From: Moniliella sp. 'wahieum'
Lineage: Eukaryota
Direction of reading: 5' to 3'
DNA length: 64,000 nt
Assembly: GCA_003971905.1 (NCBI GenBank)
Contig: RSEE01000013.1
Coordinates: 372,001-436,000 of the forward strand
Positions 1 through 13,415 of the stretch are shown in pieces. Each line of letters opens with the position of its first letter. The stretch's first letter is position 1. The notes beneath the pieces are model-generated. The model worked only from the letters and a program-made list of their open reading frames with translations. It was not told the origin of the DNA and made no database searches. The position numbers and the translations under genes were made by a program.

Positions 1-1663
1 ACCTCGCCCACCTGGACACCACGTGGCACACCCGGAGTATGCGCGTTTCGTGCGCTACCCCTACGCTCTTGTTCCTCTCTGCGCTCCAGAACGCAGAGTT
101 CCGCGCCGCCGCTGAGCGCGAGGGCTGGGCCGCCATGGCCCGCAGCCAGATGCTGGGCCACTGGGCCGTATGGTTCGTTCCTGTCTCCCGCCTTGCGCCC
201 ACCGCCCCTGCTTGCTGACCCTAGCCGCCCCTCCCTGTTGCCCCTGCACAGGCGCATGCCGGCGGAAGAAGACCAGCCCGAGGGGTCGTCGGCGCCGCCG
301 CCTGCCCTCGTCCCACCGGCGCCTAGTGAACACTGAGCTGAGTCTCACGTGCTGGGCGCGAATGCTGATGCATGATGAGCCTCATCGCTGCGCGCAGCCC
401 CAAGGGCCTGGCGTCGGGCGCTATCGGGCCCGAGCGTTGTGGTAGATGGGATGCCGGTGTAATAGGATGGTCACCAACAATCGATAACCGGTAACCCGAA
501 CGGCGCTCCGAGCCCAAACCCGGTCTTCCCCCGCCTTCCGCGCTCTTGCACATGTGACATGTGATGCCAGCACGTGGGGGGCGCGCCAAGCAGCTGCGAC
601 TCAGTCGTCGTGCTCACTAACACGCCGTCCGTCGCAACAGCGTCCGGCGTGCGCCAGCACGGGTGACGCTCACCCATGTCGGCCGAGTAGGGAATATCGG
701 CCGGGGCTCAACTCACTAATCAATCACGTCGAAGCCAAGACCGAAGCTGGGCGCGGGAAGGTTAGCCCAGCATTGGCCTGTCTTCGACTCTGCGTCTCGG
801 CCGCTCAGGCCAGCAGCCGTCGCATGCTTGCTGACTCGCGTGTTCCTTGCCTCCGTCGGGCCCCCGGCCGCACTAGTCACTTACCCTAAGGCCTCCCTCT
901 CTGGCCCCTCCCGCCCCCTCCCCCTGCCCCTCCCCCGCCTCTCCACCCTTCAGCCTCGCCACTGCCACGCTGCCGGTGGCTCTCCCCGCGGTGGCCGAGA
1001 CATGGAAGCCGCCTGTCCATGCTGTCAGAAGCTCAGCGCTGAGTCGGAGCAGCATGCTGCGGGTGCCTCGGACCTGAGGTGCCTCTCTTGCCCAATTCTT
1101 TGCCCTGTCGTACATGTCGCCGTCACTGGCGCCACGCCGCAGAGCATCTACCAGCTAGCAGGATGAATTCATATTGGCCTTGAATATTGCATAGCTGGAA
1201 ACTTGATCGACTTGATCTTGGGCCCACTCTCGTGGGTCCTCGTCACCGGCCACTCTCGCTTCTCACAATCTTCGGCTATTTCTCTCTGGGCGCCTAGCGG
1301 AGGGGCTGGAGTGCAACTGCCCCTCTCCCTCCCCCACCCTTGTTCCTGTCCATGGCTCGGGGAAAAAGCATGATGCATGAGGCGTGGCCACTTGGTACTA
1401 TCACACTGCGCCCTCGGCGCCGGTCACATACACACTTTGCGCCCAGGCAGAGCAAAGGTCCTGCAACTGTCACCGTTGTCACCAATCCTCGTTGAGGACA
1501 GTCTCCCGCGGCTCAGTCTCGGTCTGTGCCATAGTCATGGTTCCTTGAAGGGTAATGCAGGTTTTGAACTACCTTTTCGTGCGCCAGGTCTTTCCTCCCG
1601 CAAAAGTCTCGCTCCTCTTGGCACAACCACACCACCATTGCCATTTCCACTCCTCTGCAGGTC

Positions 1664-3619
1664 ATGGAGAATCTTTGGCCTTTGGCAGGTACGCCTCTCC
1701 TCCCTCCAGGGAGCACGACGGGTGCAGAGGGTGAGGCGAGCTGTGTCCTCTCTCCTTGCGAGAGTAACGCTGCTTTCGCCACACCCTCCTTTCATCTTGG
1801 GCTCAACGGTGAAGACCCTCTTGGCTCGCTGCACACTCCCGTCGCACCCAGACCCCTTTCTTTCATGGCCTTAGCGTCACCTGTTCCATCGACAGAGCTC
1901 TGGGACCCCAACAATGCCTTGGCCACGGGCGGGTTTCCGTCTCTTTCTCCTCTCTTTCAGCAGGACGAGCCACTTCAGGAGGTCGGAGGCATCATGCCCT
2001 TCTCATCTGTCGAGAAGGAACAATTTCCTTATCTCAGTGTCGGCTTAAGCCCTCCGAACTCGGCGACTTTGGAACTGTTTCCCCCGACATCACCGTTGGT
2101 CTCCCCTGCCCCCTATGCCGTGCAAGCTCCGCGCTCCCACCGATCGCACTTTACTCTCCCCACATTCCATCCCTATGATCACAAGGGCGCTCGGCGCCCA
2201 AGTCTGCCTCGCCCTTTTCTCGGGTGATTGAATTGGCAGAGGGAAACCAACCGCTACAACCCCGAAATGCAGCCCCTCTTGGCGAAGCAAGTTCAAGTTC
2301 CTCGCCCGCCACCTTCGTCGGCGGACACTGCAGAGTCCACATCGTTATCCGTCGATATGCCGTTTCCCCTCTCGGCCGCTGATTCAAGAACCGCATTTGG
2401 GCCGCCTCCGTACCTGTTGCGCTTGCCCCTACACTTGATATCACAACCCTGCCGCTACCCCTGGCTGCCAAGTTGCCTTCGGTCCTCTCCCAGGTCCCGC
2501 TGAAGGTACGAAGGACCCAAACACGTACAAACCTGGCACCAGTACTCGCGGCAATGGCTCAGTGCGTCCTCCTCCCCTTCCATCCAGGTAACTAGAAAGA
2601 TGCAGAATATACTAACGTTTGTGTGGGCAATTCAAAAGGCGCTTATCAGTGACGCTGTCCCTCTGCTGCAAAACGGGGTACACTATAACCTAGGGATCAC
2701 AGAATTGAGTGATACATTCGTCAAGGTGTATTACACGGACGATGGGTGTGAGCCGCGTCTGGAGAACGAATCAGTGACGACCCGTCAATGGGTAAGGTCT
2801 ACCTTGCCCCTGTGCCGTCGCGACGGGTACACTTTGCCCAGCAGCAACTCGACAATCTGTTGAAGCATACTGCTCTTCTGTCGGGGGGCAAACAAGGATT
2901 TGTGCTGGAGGACGTGCCGGATTGGGAAGAGCTAAAGGAAGAGTTGACGGCTTCTGGACCGTTCAAAACGGACCGTATTTGGGAAAAAGTAGTGGTCGCT
3001 AAGAAACGATGGGATGAGCATGAAGAATACTCATCGTGTCTGACCGTTGCCGCTCGCGCGACTCGGCACCATTGGTGGCGCACTCTTCCTCCTCTCCGAC
3101 CGCATCTGCACCGCTCACGTCTGTCGGCTCGGATCCTTCCCGATCTACGTCCACTTCCCTCGTGCCTGGGAGCACCATGGGCAACACACTTGCCTTCAAC
3201 TCTGCATCCTCCTGCCCGTCACGTACTGGTGCTCGGTACGAGGAAGCAGAGGGCCTACAGGCCTCCCAACTTGCCTCTTCCTCTCGGGCGTTGGCTGAGC
3301 GGTGTACTGCCGTACCCGTGTCACGGCCAAGGTGCGTACAGACCGTCGTGGGGTCTTGGTTTCCATCACAGACAGACGTAGGATGTGCACCGCGCCCACG
3401 GATCGCAAACAGCGAGCCATGGTAAGCAAGTTTGTGCATCAGTTGGCCGCCGATCAACTCGATCTCGCCGAAGTCCAAGCCGTCATCAAGGTCATCCTTT
3501 CTTCCCCGCTGCTCTCGGGCCATGACCGGCACTACTACTCGGAGTGGCTCTCGTCTTCCCGCTATGCGCAAGTCCTACGTGCAGCGCAGGTACGCAAACA
3601 ACACACTGCTAGCGCCTGA
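1664..3619 (+). CDS. Hypothetical spliced protein (S/P-rich N-terminus, unrecognised C-terminal region); boundaries approximate
   Basis: Chain of + ORFs 1664-2227, 2228-2503, 2600-2863, 2788-3381, 3302-3619. A clean intron at 2588-2638 (GTAACT...TACTAAC...AAG) joins ...SSSPSIQ to ALISDAVPLL in frame. Possible 5'UTR intron 1552-1660. No family recognised. Confidence 0.45.
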
Positions 3620-4174
3620 TCTCATACCGACATTAGACCATCGAATCGTGCACTTACAAACGGGCAACATGGTACCCCCAAATTCTCATTCTCCAAGTCG
3701 CATCTTCATCATCATCGATAGCTGTTGGGACGGCGAGGGGCGATGCTCTTCTTTCCGCTTTTATAGGTCCCTTCGTGTGTAGTGCTCGTCCTTCATTAGC
3801 TCTCTCTTTCTCGCATATAATACTTTCTCATGGCATCGAAATGCTTTGGATGTTTGCCCGCGGCAACGGCCCTCTCTCTCTCCTTCCGTTGGTCCCACCG
3901 TACTGTGCGCGCATACACGTATACACGCAGGACAGCGTGAAAGACAACATCTACTACTGTCTCTCAGACACGTTGGACTTGATTCAAATTGCCGTGGGCG
4001 TATTACTCGAAGTGGCGTGTGTGCAAATTATGGGGGGGATAAATAGTTCTACAAATAGTATTAGTCTTTGCTGAGTGTTATTGCTCTAGGCCCGTATGTC
4101 TTTCTGCCCCACGGTCGCTTCGGAAGCGACAACGTATCGTAACTGAAAATGCCTCTGCGAGGAAGTGTGTACAT

Positions 4175-7100
4175 TCAATTTCCTGGCTGGTGCAACACCG
4201 TGGACTCCGCTGCATAAGCGGCAAGCCCATCGACCCTCATCCCTCCTTCCTGCGCCTGAGAAGGCTCTGTGCTCTCCATCGCGCCAAATGCCTTTAGACG
4301 GAGACGGGCCTGGGTCTTATCCTCCTCCGGCGCCGATACGTCAGCAAGGATCCTTTGGGCCCGTTCAATCTCTTGGTCACGTTGGCGCTGCTGAGCGGTC
4401 TGCCGCTTGCGCATATCCTCTTCGAGTAACCGCTGGGAATGCTGCTGATATGCCAGCGCCGACGCGGTCTGGCGTGCCGTCTCCCCTTTCCCTTTTACCT
4501 GGGCCTGGAGAGCTTGGATCTGCTGAGAAAGTTCGGCAGCCGCCCTTGTTTCTGACGCCATCACCGTCGCGTGGTTCCGGTTCAACTCTGCCAGCTTGGC
4601 GAAATGGGTAGAACGAAGACTAGGCCCCTCGTTACGGATGGCCTCCAGCTCATTCTTGGCCCGGACCAAGCGCTTCTCCGTTCGAGCCACTTTGGCCTCG
4701 ACTTGTTCAATTTCACGCAAGCCAGAAGCGTGGCGGTCGTAATGTTGACGGAGTGTCTCTTCCTGGCCTCGCAGGGACGCTTGCATCTTAGGCACCTTTC
4801 CCTCTGCTGTTGTAGCTGCCTTGCTTTCCTTCTCGTACACAGACCACATTTGCGCCAACTGGGAGGGGGAACAGTCGAACTCGGATGGCTCGGACAGGTT
4901 ACCACGGTTATCCACCTGATGGCCGTCGCAATCGAACCATGGCGAGAGACGAATATCGTTGAGAAGCAAGTGGCTCACGAGTGGGTCTGCCCGTACGACC
5001 AAAATCTCCCTCTCCGAGTCATTCACATGCACCGAGAGCAACACCTATCTCTTGAACCATCGAGCGCAACGTTAGCATTGCCTTTGGGGCGATTGAACCA
5101 TCCCAAATCGCAGACCCAGTCGCTCTTGGTACGTAAAAGTGCATCCGGAGGGGCGAGGTACCCAAGATGAGACTTGACAGTTGGCTCTTCAGAAAAGAAG
5201 GCACTTGCGCCGCCTTGTCCACCCGGTCGGCAATGAAGTGTCGTGCAACTTGGGAAGATTGGCTATATAGGCGTTTCGAAGAATTGAGACGGTAGGGAAG
5301 AAGGGCCGTCGGCATTGGGAAGACGGGGGGGAGGGATGCCGCTGCAAATCAACGTCAGTATAGCAAGGGCGGGCCAGAATGGGAAGAAGCAAAACTCACG
5401 TGGCCGAAGAAGTGCAGCCTGCTCTTGTTGTCCTTTTAGTACCAAATCCAGCTCGTCTCCACTCTCCAACCCCTCAGCGAGTGCCTGGGAATCAAAGCCA
5501 TCAGGTACCCTGAGGAGGGAGATCTTAGTCTCGGGCGAAGGCGTAGGTAAGATCCAGGTACCCACACGGGGAGCACATTCACTGGTTCCCCGCATATGGC
5601 GCACCAATGTGAGCAACCGGTGGGTCGGCAACACCAGGAAAGGCAGGATCGAATGTAAATTTGCCCGCAGAGGGTATAAATATATCCGACCAAGTAAGCT
5701 TCCGAACTAGCGGGCCACATCCAAAGAGTCCGCGTCCTTGCGGAACTTTAGGTGTTGTTCTAGCGGCGTGGTCTTGTAGGTCTCATTCCAACTCACCAGT
5801 TTCGAAGAACGAGAAAGTTTGGGGGCATTGGGGGGATCAACAGGCGTAGATGAGCCTGTACATGGGTGGGGTTAGGGAAATGAGATGGCCCATTCTGAGT
5901 TGCCGCATTTGGCACCTTCGGTGGCGCTGTGGCAGAGGGCAAATTCGTCCCCGGATGGGAGACAGTGCTGTTCTGGGCTTTGGTTGGTGGGGCTGAGACT
6001 GAACCGGCAGAGCTGGAGGAAGCTGCTCCTTCAGACCTTGAGGCACCAGTCTTGGGCGGTGGGATTGCCGATGAAATCTGAGGTTTAATATCCAAATGTG
6101 TAGAGGATGGCCTCGTTTTTTCAGACCGCGAGTCGCTAGTTCTTGCTGCTGAGACCGTTGGCAAGATAGGTTTGACATCCCGTGATGCAGTATCTTGATT
6201 CGCGTTCTGAAGCGGGGCGAGCTTGGGCACGGGAGGCTGCCAGTGAAGCCTTGTCTGTGGTAGGTGTGGGCTTGATATCCGAGGGCTGAGCTGAAGGCCC
6301 TGCAAGTACAAGCTTTGAGCTCAATCCTCCGGTTGAGTGGCGGGCTGCTGGCTTAGCAGATGTGGCAGGTGGTGGGCCAGAAACACGTGCCGCCTCCGAC
6401 GTACTCACGGAGGCACGCTGATGCGTAGGATTAGAGCTAGAAGCTGGTGCGAGGGTGAGGGTAGAACTTTTCTTCTGGAGGTCGGGTGGACGGAGGGGAA
6501 GGGTCATTCCTTTCGTAGAATGGGGGAGTGAAGGGCCGGACCGTTGTAGTGTACCTGATCCCAAAGACCGACGAGCGACGGGAACCTCGACATGAGGGCG
6601 GTTGACAGGGGCCGTCCGATTGATTTGCCGTTTAGGGATAAACGCAGCAGCCCGAGCGGGGTTCGTATAGGCCTTACGGGGCGGAGGATCCTGGTTTGAA
6701 TTGGACGAGGACTGCTCCGTTGCCACGGGTGGACGTGATGAGGGAGGGACTGTTGTTGTCTTTACCAGCGGTCGGATTGGACGAGGGCTGCCCCGCCGCC
6801 ACGAGAGGGTGGGGGGGGAGGGGCGGGCCCTTTATCTTTCGCAGGGGTTGGATTGGACGAGGGCTGCTCCGCCGTCACGGGAGGGGTGTGGTGAGGGGGG
6901 TGCGGCTGCTTTGTCTTTTTCCGTATGGGTGGCTCTAGGCTGGAGCCACCATTCGAGGAGCTGGGCTCAGATGAGCGAGGAGGGACAGCCGGAGCCAAAG
7001 GCGTGGCACTTGGCCGTGGGTGGTCCGGAGCTGTACTGCTTCGAGTTGTTTGGGTTGGCGGCTCGGTGTTGGGCGTCGATGATGGCCTGCCTTTCGATGG

Positions 7101-7987
7101 GGGGCTGAGACGATAGGGCAAGGCTGACGGATGCCGTAAGAGCGCGAGATGGAGGCATCGAATGCTGAGTAGCCGAACCAGTTGATATGCTCCCTTCTGT
7201 GGGGCGACCAGTTTTTCCTGGTGGCTCCGGAGCGGAAGGGGCTGCTCGGTCGAATTTGAAGGCGAACGGTAGCCTGTGAGGTGGCGGCCGAAGTGGTACC
7301 CTCGAGGCGATTGGAGGCGGCGCGACAGACCCAGTACTCATCCGCGAGGAAAGGTGGCGCGAGCTCGAAAGTTTAGAAGAGCGTGGCCTGGGGGGTTGTG
7401 GTTCAGTGACGGAATGGGTTCGAGGCGGGGAGCGGTGCCTCTTTTCCCTAGAAGAAGGCATAGGCGCCCTGGAGGAACTAGAAGGTCGTGATCGGTCGTC
7501 CGAATATGGTAGGGTGGGTGTAGCAGAAGTATCGCTTTTCTGGGTGGCTGAGGGAGGACGGTCAAATTGGGACGAATTCTGAGTAAATCGCGATACATAC
7601 CTTTTCGCGTCCCCAGCGAGTAGAGACGACGCGAGGCGCTGTGGCAGAGCTCCGATCAGATGGTGTTGCCGCGGTAATGCCTGAATTGGCATTTGCGGTT
7701 AATGGCGCGGCAGGCGCCGCTGCCGAGTCCAGGTAGCGGATGCAGGTCTTTTGGCTTGAGAGAGCGGCTGGGCGAACCCGTGGCTTCGGTGGTGTCCGCG
7801 GTGGCTGAGATTGCTGGCTGTAGGACACAAATACGACGCTGTCGTCCGATTCGGAACCGTAATCGAGCTCTCCAGTATCACCCTGGGAAAGGCCAAGGCG
7901 CGCTGAGATGTCGTCAGCTGCGCGATTGATAGACGCTGCGCCACGACGTGATTTTATTCTCGCCTGCCACCGCATAGGGATATTCAT
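4175..7987 (-). CDS. Large hypothetical multi-exon protein: long S/P-rich disordered region and a C-terminal coiled coil
   Basis: Collinear minus-strand ORFs 7562-7987, 6967-7692, 6762-7121, 6136-6726, 5793-6311, 5263-5634, 4175-5044. Intron 7548-7600 (GTATGT...CAG). ORF 4175-5044 is E/Q/K/R-rich and heptad-like. May be more than one gene. Confidence 0.5.
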
Positions 7988-9468
7988 GGGGTACTCCGGG
8001 GGTTGTCAGGATGGGCGGGGCGAGTGTGGGTCGCGAACGTAGGCTCGCGTCGCTTCTTGGCCGGCGGGCGAGGGGGTCGCTGACGCGTCAGTGGAGGTGG
8101 GGGCGGGATCGCTGTCATAGCGAGGGCGCTTCGTGCGGGGGGGCGCTGGGAAGAGGCGATGTCGCAGGGGGCATGGTGACTACAGCGTCGCCGACGCCGA
8201 TCCCGAGGCGAAGGGCAGCGACGCGATGGTGGTGGCTGTGCTCCGGCCAAGTCCCAAGCCAGCCAAGCAGCCGACGCGTGACGGCGCGGCGTGCACCCCG
8301 CTGGACCATCCCGCAGCCCCCGCCAATTCCGCCTTCCGCTGCTTACGTCAGCCATCCCATCGCCCCCCCCCCCCCCCGCTCATGTCGTGTCGCCCCAATT
8401 TCGGCAGCCACTGTCTACTTGCCTCGTCGTGTCATGCGAATACGCTAATCATGGGTGCTGCACTCATTGCTTGGGGCAAGATGAAGCTGAAGCTTGAAGC
8501 TTGGAGTAGAGCTTGAAGCTAAGTCCAATGTGCTCGCTCCGCGAAACAGCAAAAAGATTGCCAGGGTGCTGTAAAAGGAGAATGAGATCGATGAGAGGGA
8601 ACAGTGATCGTGGTGAGGGTGTATATATAGGTTGAACTAATACACTCGCTTCATTGGGAATTTTCGCTACCTCTCGCGCGCGTCGCCCTTCCCCCTCCGC
8701 CTGTCTGCCTTCTGCTCCATGTGCCCTCGGTATTCTTTTACATCTTTCCCCAACGGTGACGACTATATTTCCGCCCTTGTCTATCAATAACGAGCTGAAT
8801 GGGCCTGCATGGATTGTGCGTCTGTAAGTCTCTGTATAGCAACCGCTATTAGTGAATGTCTCTTCGAGTTCAGTTGAACATTGAAGCTAATACTACTATT
8901 TGAGGAAAAGGGAATTACACCCATCTTCCGAGAGTGTGGCATGGCTGAGGCCTGGAGGGACTGAGTAGGAGTAATCCTAAGAGTAACCGCGAGTACGGAG
9001 TGTTGAGCTCCTTATAGTAGGCCTGTATACGAGTGCATATATATCCTGCTGGCTGTGCATGGGACAAGTGTTCCACACAACGTGCCTTTCTTCCGCCGCT
9101 CGTAACACGTAAACACTGGCCTGGTGCATATATAGGCGGTCCCCGCTGCGCCGACAACAACCGTGGCGCAAAGCCCCTTGCGCCCTTTAGTTCTTGCGCC
9201 CTTTCGCAATATACCGCCGCCGGACGGCTGGGCTTCCTGGTTCTCGGCGGACTCGATATTCTCCTGCTTTCCCCACCACCCGCCACCCCCTCTTCTTTGT
9301 CTCCCGCGTCTGGCACGCTGTCCCTGCCCCCCTTCGCCCATATTGTATCCACAACCTCATCCATATCCTCCTGTACCCCTTCTATATCGTCCGTGCCCCC
9401 ATCCCCTCTAATCGCAGCCTGGTTACATCCATACCAAGCATAAAAGATGCGCATCAGCCTGCTCCTCC

Positions 9469-10439
9469 TATGCCTTTCTCCCCTGCTGTGTGGGCACACA
9501 ACAGCCCCTTCCCGTCCTCGGTCACCTTCCCTCATGGTCCCGCCGCTGCTTCGTCCATCGCGCTGAGCCTCGCTTCACTCGCGAGTGAAGCATCGGCATG
9601 GCGTGTTCACGCTGCATATCTACAAGGCCTCCCACTATCCCGCCAGTGCTTCAGGTGCGGTGCCCTCTGATGATCCCGTCAAGTCGTGGTGGGCCCACGC
9701 TTCTTCCTACAGGCTGAACATTATCCTTCCAGCGCCCCAGCTGCCGCTTCCCTCGCTCGACCCGTCAAGTCTTGGTGGGACCCGCCAAGTCTCACTCGAG
9801 GAGTCTGGCACACAAGTCAGCGGCCTCGGCGCTGCGTGCATCGAAATCGCAGCAACTTGCCTCCCTCTCGTCAAAAAAGGCAATGGAAACCGTCCCTCAC
9901 ATTGAGGAACATTCGGATGCTGCCACAACGGTTTCTGTGCCCAACCGCAAGAAGCCTTCCTCCTCATTTGTTGATGACCCCCCTACGACAGTTGTCCTTG
10001 CATAGCCGGAAGAGGCCTTCATCTTCTTTGGTCGTTGACCCTGCCACCACTGTTGGCCCTCTGCACTCGCGCAAAAAGCCTTCCTCATCCACTGTCGATG
10101 ACCACCCAACCACAGTTGGCCCTGTTCCCTCCCGGGAAGAAACCCAATTCATATTGGTCCCGCGCTCCCACCACGGTTGGCCCTTTGCCCTCCGCAGCCT
10201 ACACAACGACTTCGTTAACGACCCCGACCCAAGGTTGGCCCGCGTCCTATGAGCCCGCCAAGTGTCGCACCAAGCGTGACGGACCCATCCAAGATCTCTT
10301 GGCTTTCCCATGCCGCCTCGTCTCCTTCTCCCAGGCCCTCAAGTCGGCTGACGCAGCCGCTTCTGCCTGGCGTGCGCATGCGTCCAAAGTCCGTCTATCG
10401 GCAAGCGAAGCTGCCAAGTCGCTCGCACCTTCGGTGTAG
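9469..10439 (+). CDS. Hypothetical protein with internal peptide repeats (KKPSSSxVDDPPTTVGP; ASAWRxHA)
   Basis: Overlapping + ORFs broken by frameshifts. Repeated motifs ASAWRVHAA, KSWWAHASS and ASAWRAHAS, plus four ~60-nt coding repeats. Confidence 0.35.
9948..10195 (+). repeat. Four degenerate ~60-63 bp tandem repeats encoding KKPSSS(F/L/T)VDD(P/H)PTTVGP-like units
   Basis: aagaagccttcctcctcatttgttgatgacccccctacgacagttg / aagaggccttcatcttctttggtcgttgaccctgccaccactgttgg / aaaaagccttcctcatccactgtcgatgaccacccaaccacagttgg / aagaaacccaattca...cccaccacggttgg. Confidence 0.7.
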
Positions 10440-11412
10440 AGCGTACTGCCTCATGGGGCACGTGGATGTCCCCCCGTCTCTCTCGGTTACATTACATTTC
10501 TGTCATGCGTTTTTCTTCTTCTTCCGGTCATGTCAGAAGCGGAGCGGAGGTTCCGCCCGACGACACTTCTCGCTCAATTGCTCCTTTTCTATCGCTGTGT
10601 GGAGGAGAGCCAGACACATCGTCCCCCTCACGTCTCACACCTCACATGCACGCAACTTGCCGTCATCACCCCGTATACGCTTTCATCCCAATCCCACCAA
10701 CAGAGGTTCATTTTGGCTCCGATCACTTTTTTCATTTTATCGTCACTTGAGTTGGTTCTTTGGTCGACAGGTCTTCTGCTCTGGCAGCAAAAGTCTCACC
10801 ATTCTGCGCGTGGTTCCCTGCTCAAAGTCAGGTTCACAAATCATCGAGATGTCCATTTGTTGTGCGTGGGTCTGGGAGCGTCAGTTGAGCGCCAGACGCG
10901 GTGTTGGTTGAGGTTGAACGTTGAGTGTAGAGGGTGCTGCGCGCGGCCCGTTTGAAACGATTGGGCGGGCAGGCACTAGGCACGGCAGGCACAGGCAGGC
11001 GCCTTGCCAGCAGCGGCAGCCCGATAGCTGGAAACAATTCAGGCGCTGAAGCGCGCAAGTGGGATGACGTGAATGGCGGGTGGCGCGTGACGGCTGGCGC
11101 GATGGGTGACGGGTGCTAGTGTTGGCCAGATGGGGTCGAGGAACAGGGCGAGTGTGCGGTGCAGCAGGCCGGGGCCAGTATGGGCGATGCGTCATGGGCG
11201 TTGGCTCAGCGCTCCGCCTGAGCGCGACCAGGCAGCTGCGCGTGTGCTGAGCTCAGCCGCCAGACACGCTCGTGCCGCGCCCAGGCGCTTGCACCGCGTC
11301 CCAGGCCCAAGGGCGCCGGAGCAGGCTGCTGTCCTCCCCCTGGGTCCTTCTCCCTCGGCCCTCCTTTCCGCTTCCTCCTCCATCCGCGCACCTTCCTCCC
11401 CCCTCCCTCCCC

Positions 11413-13415
11413 ATGCCGTCTCCTCCCGCTGCCGACACCAGTCTTGACCTCGCCGACGAGTGGCACGAAGCGGATGAGATGGAGCGTTCGCCGGCGCCTG
11501 CGACTGCGACTGCGACTGCGTCTGCCCCCGCCCCCGCCTCCGCCACCACAACTCCCCCTCCTGCTTATGCCCCAGCTTCTGCGTCCCCTACCGCATCCCC
11601 TACCCAGGAGGCCCCGGAACCCTCTGTCAACTATATTGACGCCACCATCCAGGGGCACAAGGCCGACCCGCGGTACTACGCCTTGTGGGGCGCTCCCCGT
11701 GGGCACGAGACGAGCGGGCCCCCTCACGCCGCCGGCCCGGCTCCATCTACCCGCACAGCTCGCACCATAGTGTCTCCAGTGCATTCCTACCGCAAGCGTC
11801 GCACATGGACCTCTCCGGATCTGCTCCTGCGCACGGCGAGGCCGATGGCACACCGACGGGATCGGAGCCGATCCGGCCCTATGTCCACCGCCCCGACGCG
11901 GCAGTGGATCTGCCAGCATCGCACCCCTCCAACCCGCCCAGTTTGTTCAGGAAGAACCAGTTCACAGACTTGCCCGGCAACGTGACCATTGGTCCGCAGG
12001 CGCAAGTGATCACCCACAACCTGCGCCGCCGTCTGTTTGTGCCCTACCCACAGATGGAGGTGGTGCTAGGGAAGGAAGGTGAATTGCTGAATGCCGACGA
12101 GGAGGCTGAGGAGCCCCCCGCGTTGCCTTTGAAGAAGATACGATGCGGGCCCGGCCGGGTCGGAACTGGTCGTACGATTTTGTCCGGGCCATTGTCCTGG
12201 CTCGCCGGCGCAGGGTGGAGGCCGATGTGGCTGGCGCCGCGGACGCTGCGCGGGCCCGCGCCGACGGGGCCGCACGGCGGGAAGCGGGACAGGCTGGCGA
12301 TGCCGACCCGGCCCTTGCCCAGCCCAGTGTCGGGCTGTACAATGCCTCGGACATGGCGGGCGCCGAGGCGAGTGGGGTGTTGTTTGACGATGCGGCGCTG
12401 GACTCGCCCGACGTGAGCCCCGCTGCGTCGGAGGATGAAGACGAACCGGTTCCTGACCCAACCAATGTAGCTGCGCAGGCACGGGCCAGCGAGGCGGACA
12501 AGGCGCTGGAACAGTCGTTGCGGTCTGTTGGTCTGGTGGCGCCCGTGCAGGGGCAGGACACAAACTGGCCTCCGAATTGCACCCGGACGATTTGTTCCTC
12601 CCGGACCCACGGCCTTGGAAACCGTTGCGTTGGGTGCGCCGGATCAATCCTCGTCAGCTGCTGGTCTATGTGGCGGGCACGGTCCTGCCCCCACACGAGC
12701 CCGTGCCCGGGAGCGCAGGCAAGGGATACCTGCCCAAAGGCGGGGCCCGAGGTGGCATTGGCGTTGTCTTTTCGCCTTCGGCCGAGGTGGACCCCTGGGC
12801 CAACTATGTCAGGGAGCGACAAGCGGCGAGCTCGTCGGATTCCGCCACGCCCCTGGTTCAGGTCACCGCGCCCAATGGGGACGAGGCGGATCTGCTGGAC
12901 GTTGTGCCTGCGATCCATGACCGGCGCGAGGGCGACTTGGCTCGGCGCCTGGAAGCCGTACCGTCAGGGGCGAGGGTCACGCCGCAAAGGCTGTCCTGCG
13001 TGCCGCGTTGGCTGCACTGGAATGGATGGATTGGTGGCGTCCCGCGCCCGGTGGGGCCGGGGCAAAGGCGGTGGTGCTGGCGGTGGCGGAAGCCTGGGTG
13101 GCCAGTGGCATCAGCGATTGGATCCATGGGTGGCGCCGGGACGGATGGATTTTGTCGGGCACCGAAGGCCAGCGCGAGCTAGGTCCGGCCGGATCGCGTG
13201 TGCCGGACCGGGACCTGTGGGAGCTGTTGGAGGCCGTGGTGGCGCAGTACGAAGAGGCGGGATGTGGAGTCTTGTTCTGGGCCTTGCCCGAGTCGACGCC
13301 GGGCCTGGTCACGGCGCGCTTGGCCGCGGCCGAGGGGGCAGCTCGGACCAAGCAGCAGCCGGCGCTGGTGCGGTGGCGCAAAAGGAAGCCCAAAACACGG
13401 GGAGCCAGCCGCTGA
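11413..13415 (+). CDS. RNase H1-like fold protein with long acidic/Pro-rich N-terminus, predicted catalytically inactive
   Basis: Across frameshifts reads LLVYVAG...GARGGIGVVF...TPQRAVLRAALAALEW...VVLAVAEAWVASGISDWIHGWRRDGW...VPDRDLWELLEAVV...VLFWALP...TARLAAAEGA. This matches the RNase HI pattern (YTDG..AGxGV; NQRAEL.A; TDS.YV..GI..W...W...GW; V.N.DLW; FWHV; AD.LA). Confidence 0.7.

Noticed and set aside
11413..13415. RNase H domain as part of a retrotransposon
   Set aside because: No reverse transcriptase, integrase, gag, LTRs or poly-A tail are visible nearby; the architecture fits a cellular gene.
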